From: Octopus sinensis
Lineage: Eukaryota
Assembly: GCF_006345805.1 (NCBI RefSeq)
Contig: NC_043020.1
Coordinates: forward strand, 2,480,001 to 2,544,000
Direction: 5' to 3'
Length of the DNA stretch: 64,000 nucleotides
Below, in pieces: positions 63,590 through 64,000 of this stretch (position 1 is the stretch's first letter; the number at the start of each line of letters is the position of its first letter). A model generated the notes under the pieces. It was not told the DNA's origin. It saw only the letters and a list, made by a program, of their open reading frames with translations, and ran no database searches. The translations under genes were made by a program, and so were the position numbers.

Positions 63590-63960
63590 TTTATTTATAT
63601 ACCTCAATAAAATAAGTACCAATTGAACAGTGAGGTCGATGTAAACAACTATCTCCCTCCCCCAAATTTCAATGCCTTGTACCTAGTAGAAAGGATTATT
63701 ATGATTATTATTATTATTATTATTATTATTAAGGTCGCAAGCTGGCAGTAATGCTAGCAGGCCAGGCAAAATGCTTTGTGGTATTTCATCCCTCTTCATG
63801 TTCTGAGTTCAAATTCCGCCGAGGTCGACTTTGCCTTTCATCCTTTCAAGATCAATAAATTAAGTACCAGTGAAGCACTGGGGGGTCAAGGTAATCAACT
63901 AGCCCTCCCCACTGAATTTCAGGCATGTGCCTTTAGTAGAAAAGGTTATTATTATTATTA
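63590..63960 (+). mobile_element. SINE family A (3' half followed by a full copy at ~63730-63950)
   Basis: Family core and (TTA)n spacers. Confidence 0.85.
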
Positions 63961-64000
63961 TCATTATTATTATACAACTACAAGGTAACAGTATCCTGTG

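Overview
Eukaryotic, AT-rich, extremely microsatellite-dense DNA. The repeat families resemble those of octopod cephalopods; this is an inference from recalled SINE sequences and was not verified. No host protein-coding exon can be supported. Almost all ORFs in the supplied track are translations of simple repeats or SINEs. The only recognisable coding remnants are retroelement and transposon fragments: a Penelope-like RT/GIY-YIG element, CR1/L2-type and RTE-type LINE 3' ends, an RLE-type (R4/Dong-like) LINE and a mariner. Several tRNA-derived SINE families, piggyBac-type (TTAA) and Tc1/mariner-type MITEs, and a Helitron-like 3' end fill the rest. The most notable hidden layer is RNA. There are about a dozen type-I hammerhead ribozyme (HHR) motifs of several unrelated sequence families, located in short non-coding, Penelope-pLTR/retrozyme-like units. 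These include two with fully canonical cores (10097-10188 minus; 42289-42392 plus) and a tandem trimer of a variant CUGUAGA-core motif (26408-26930). A decayed U6 snRNA copy is fused to a LINE-type 3' tail (46936-47100). Repeat boundaries were read by eye and are approximate; the HHR coordinates were counted base by base.
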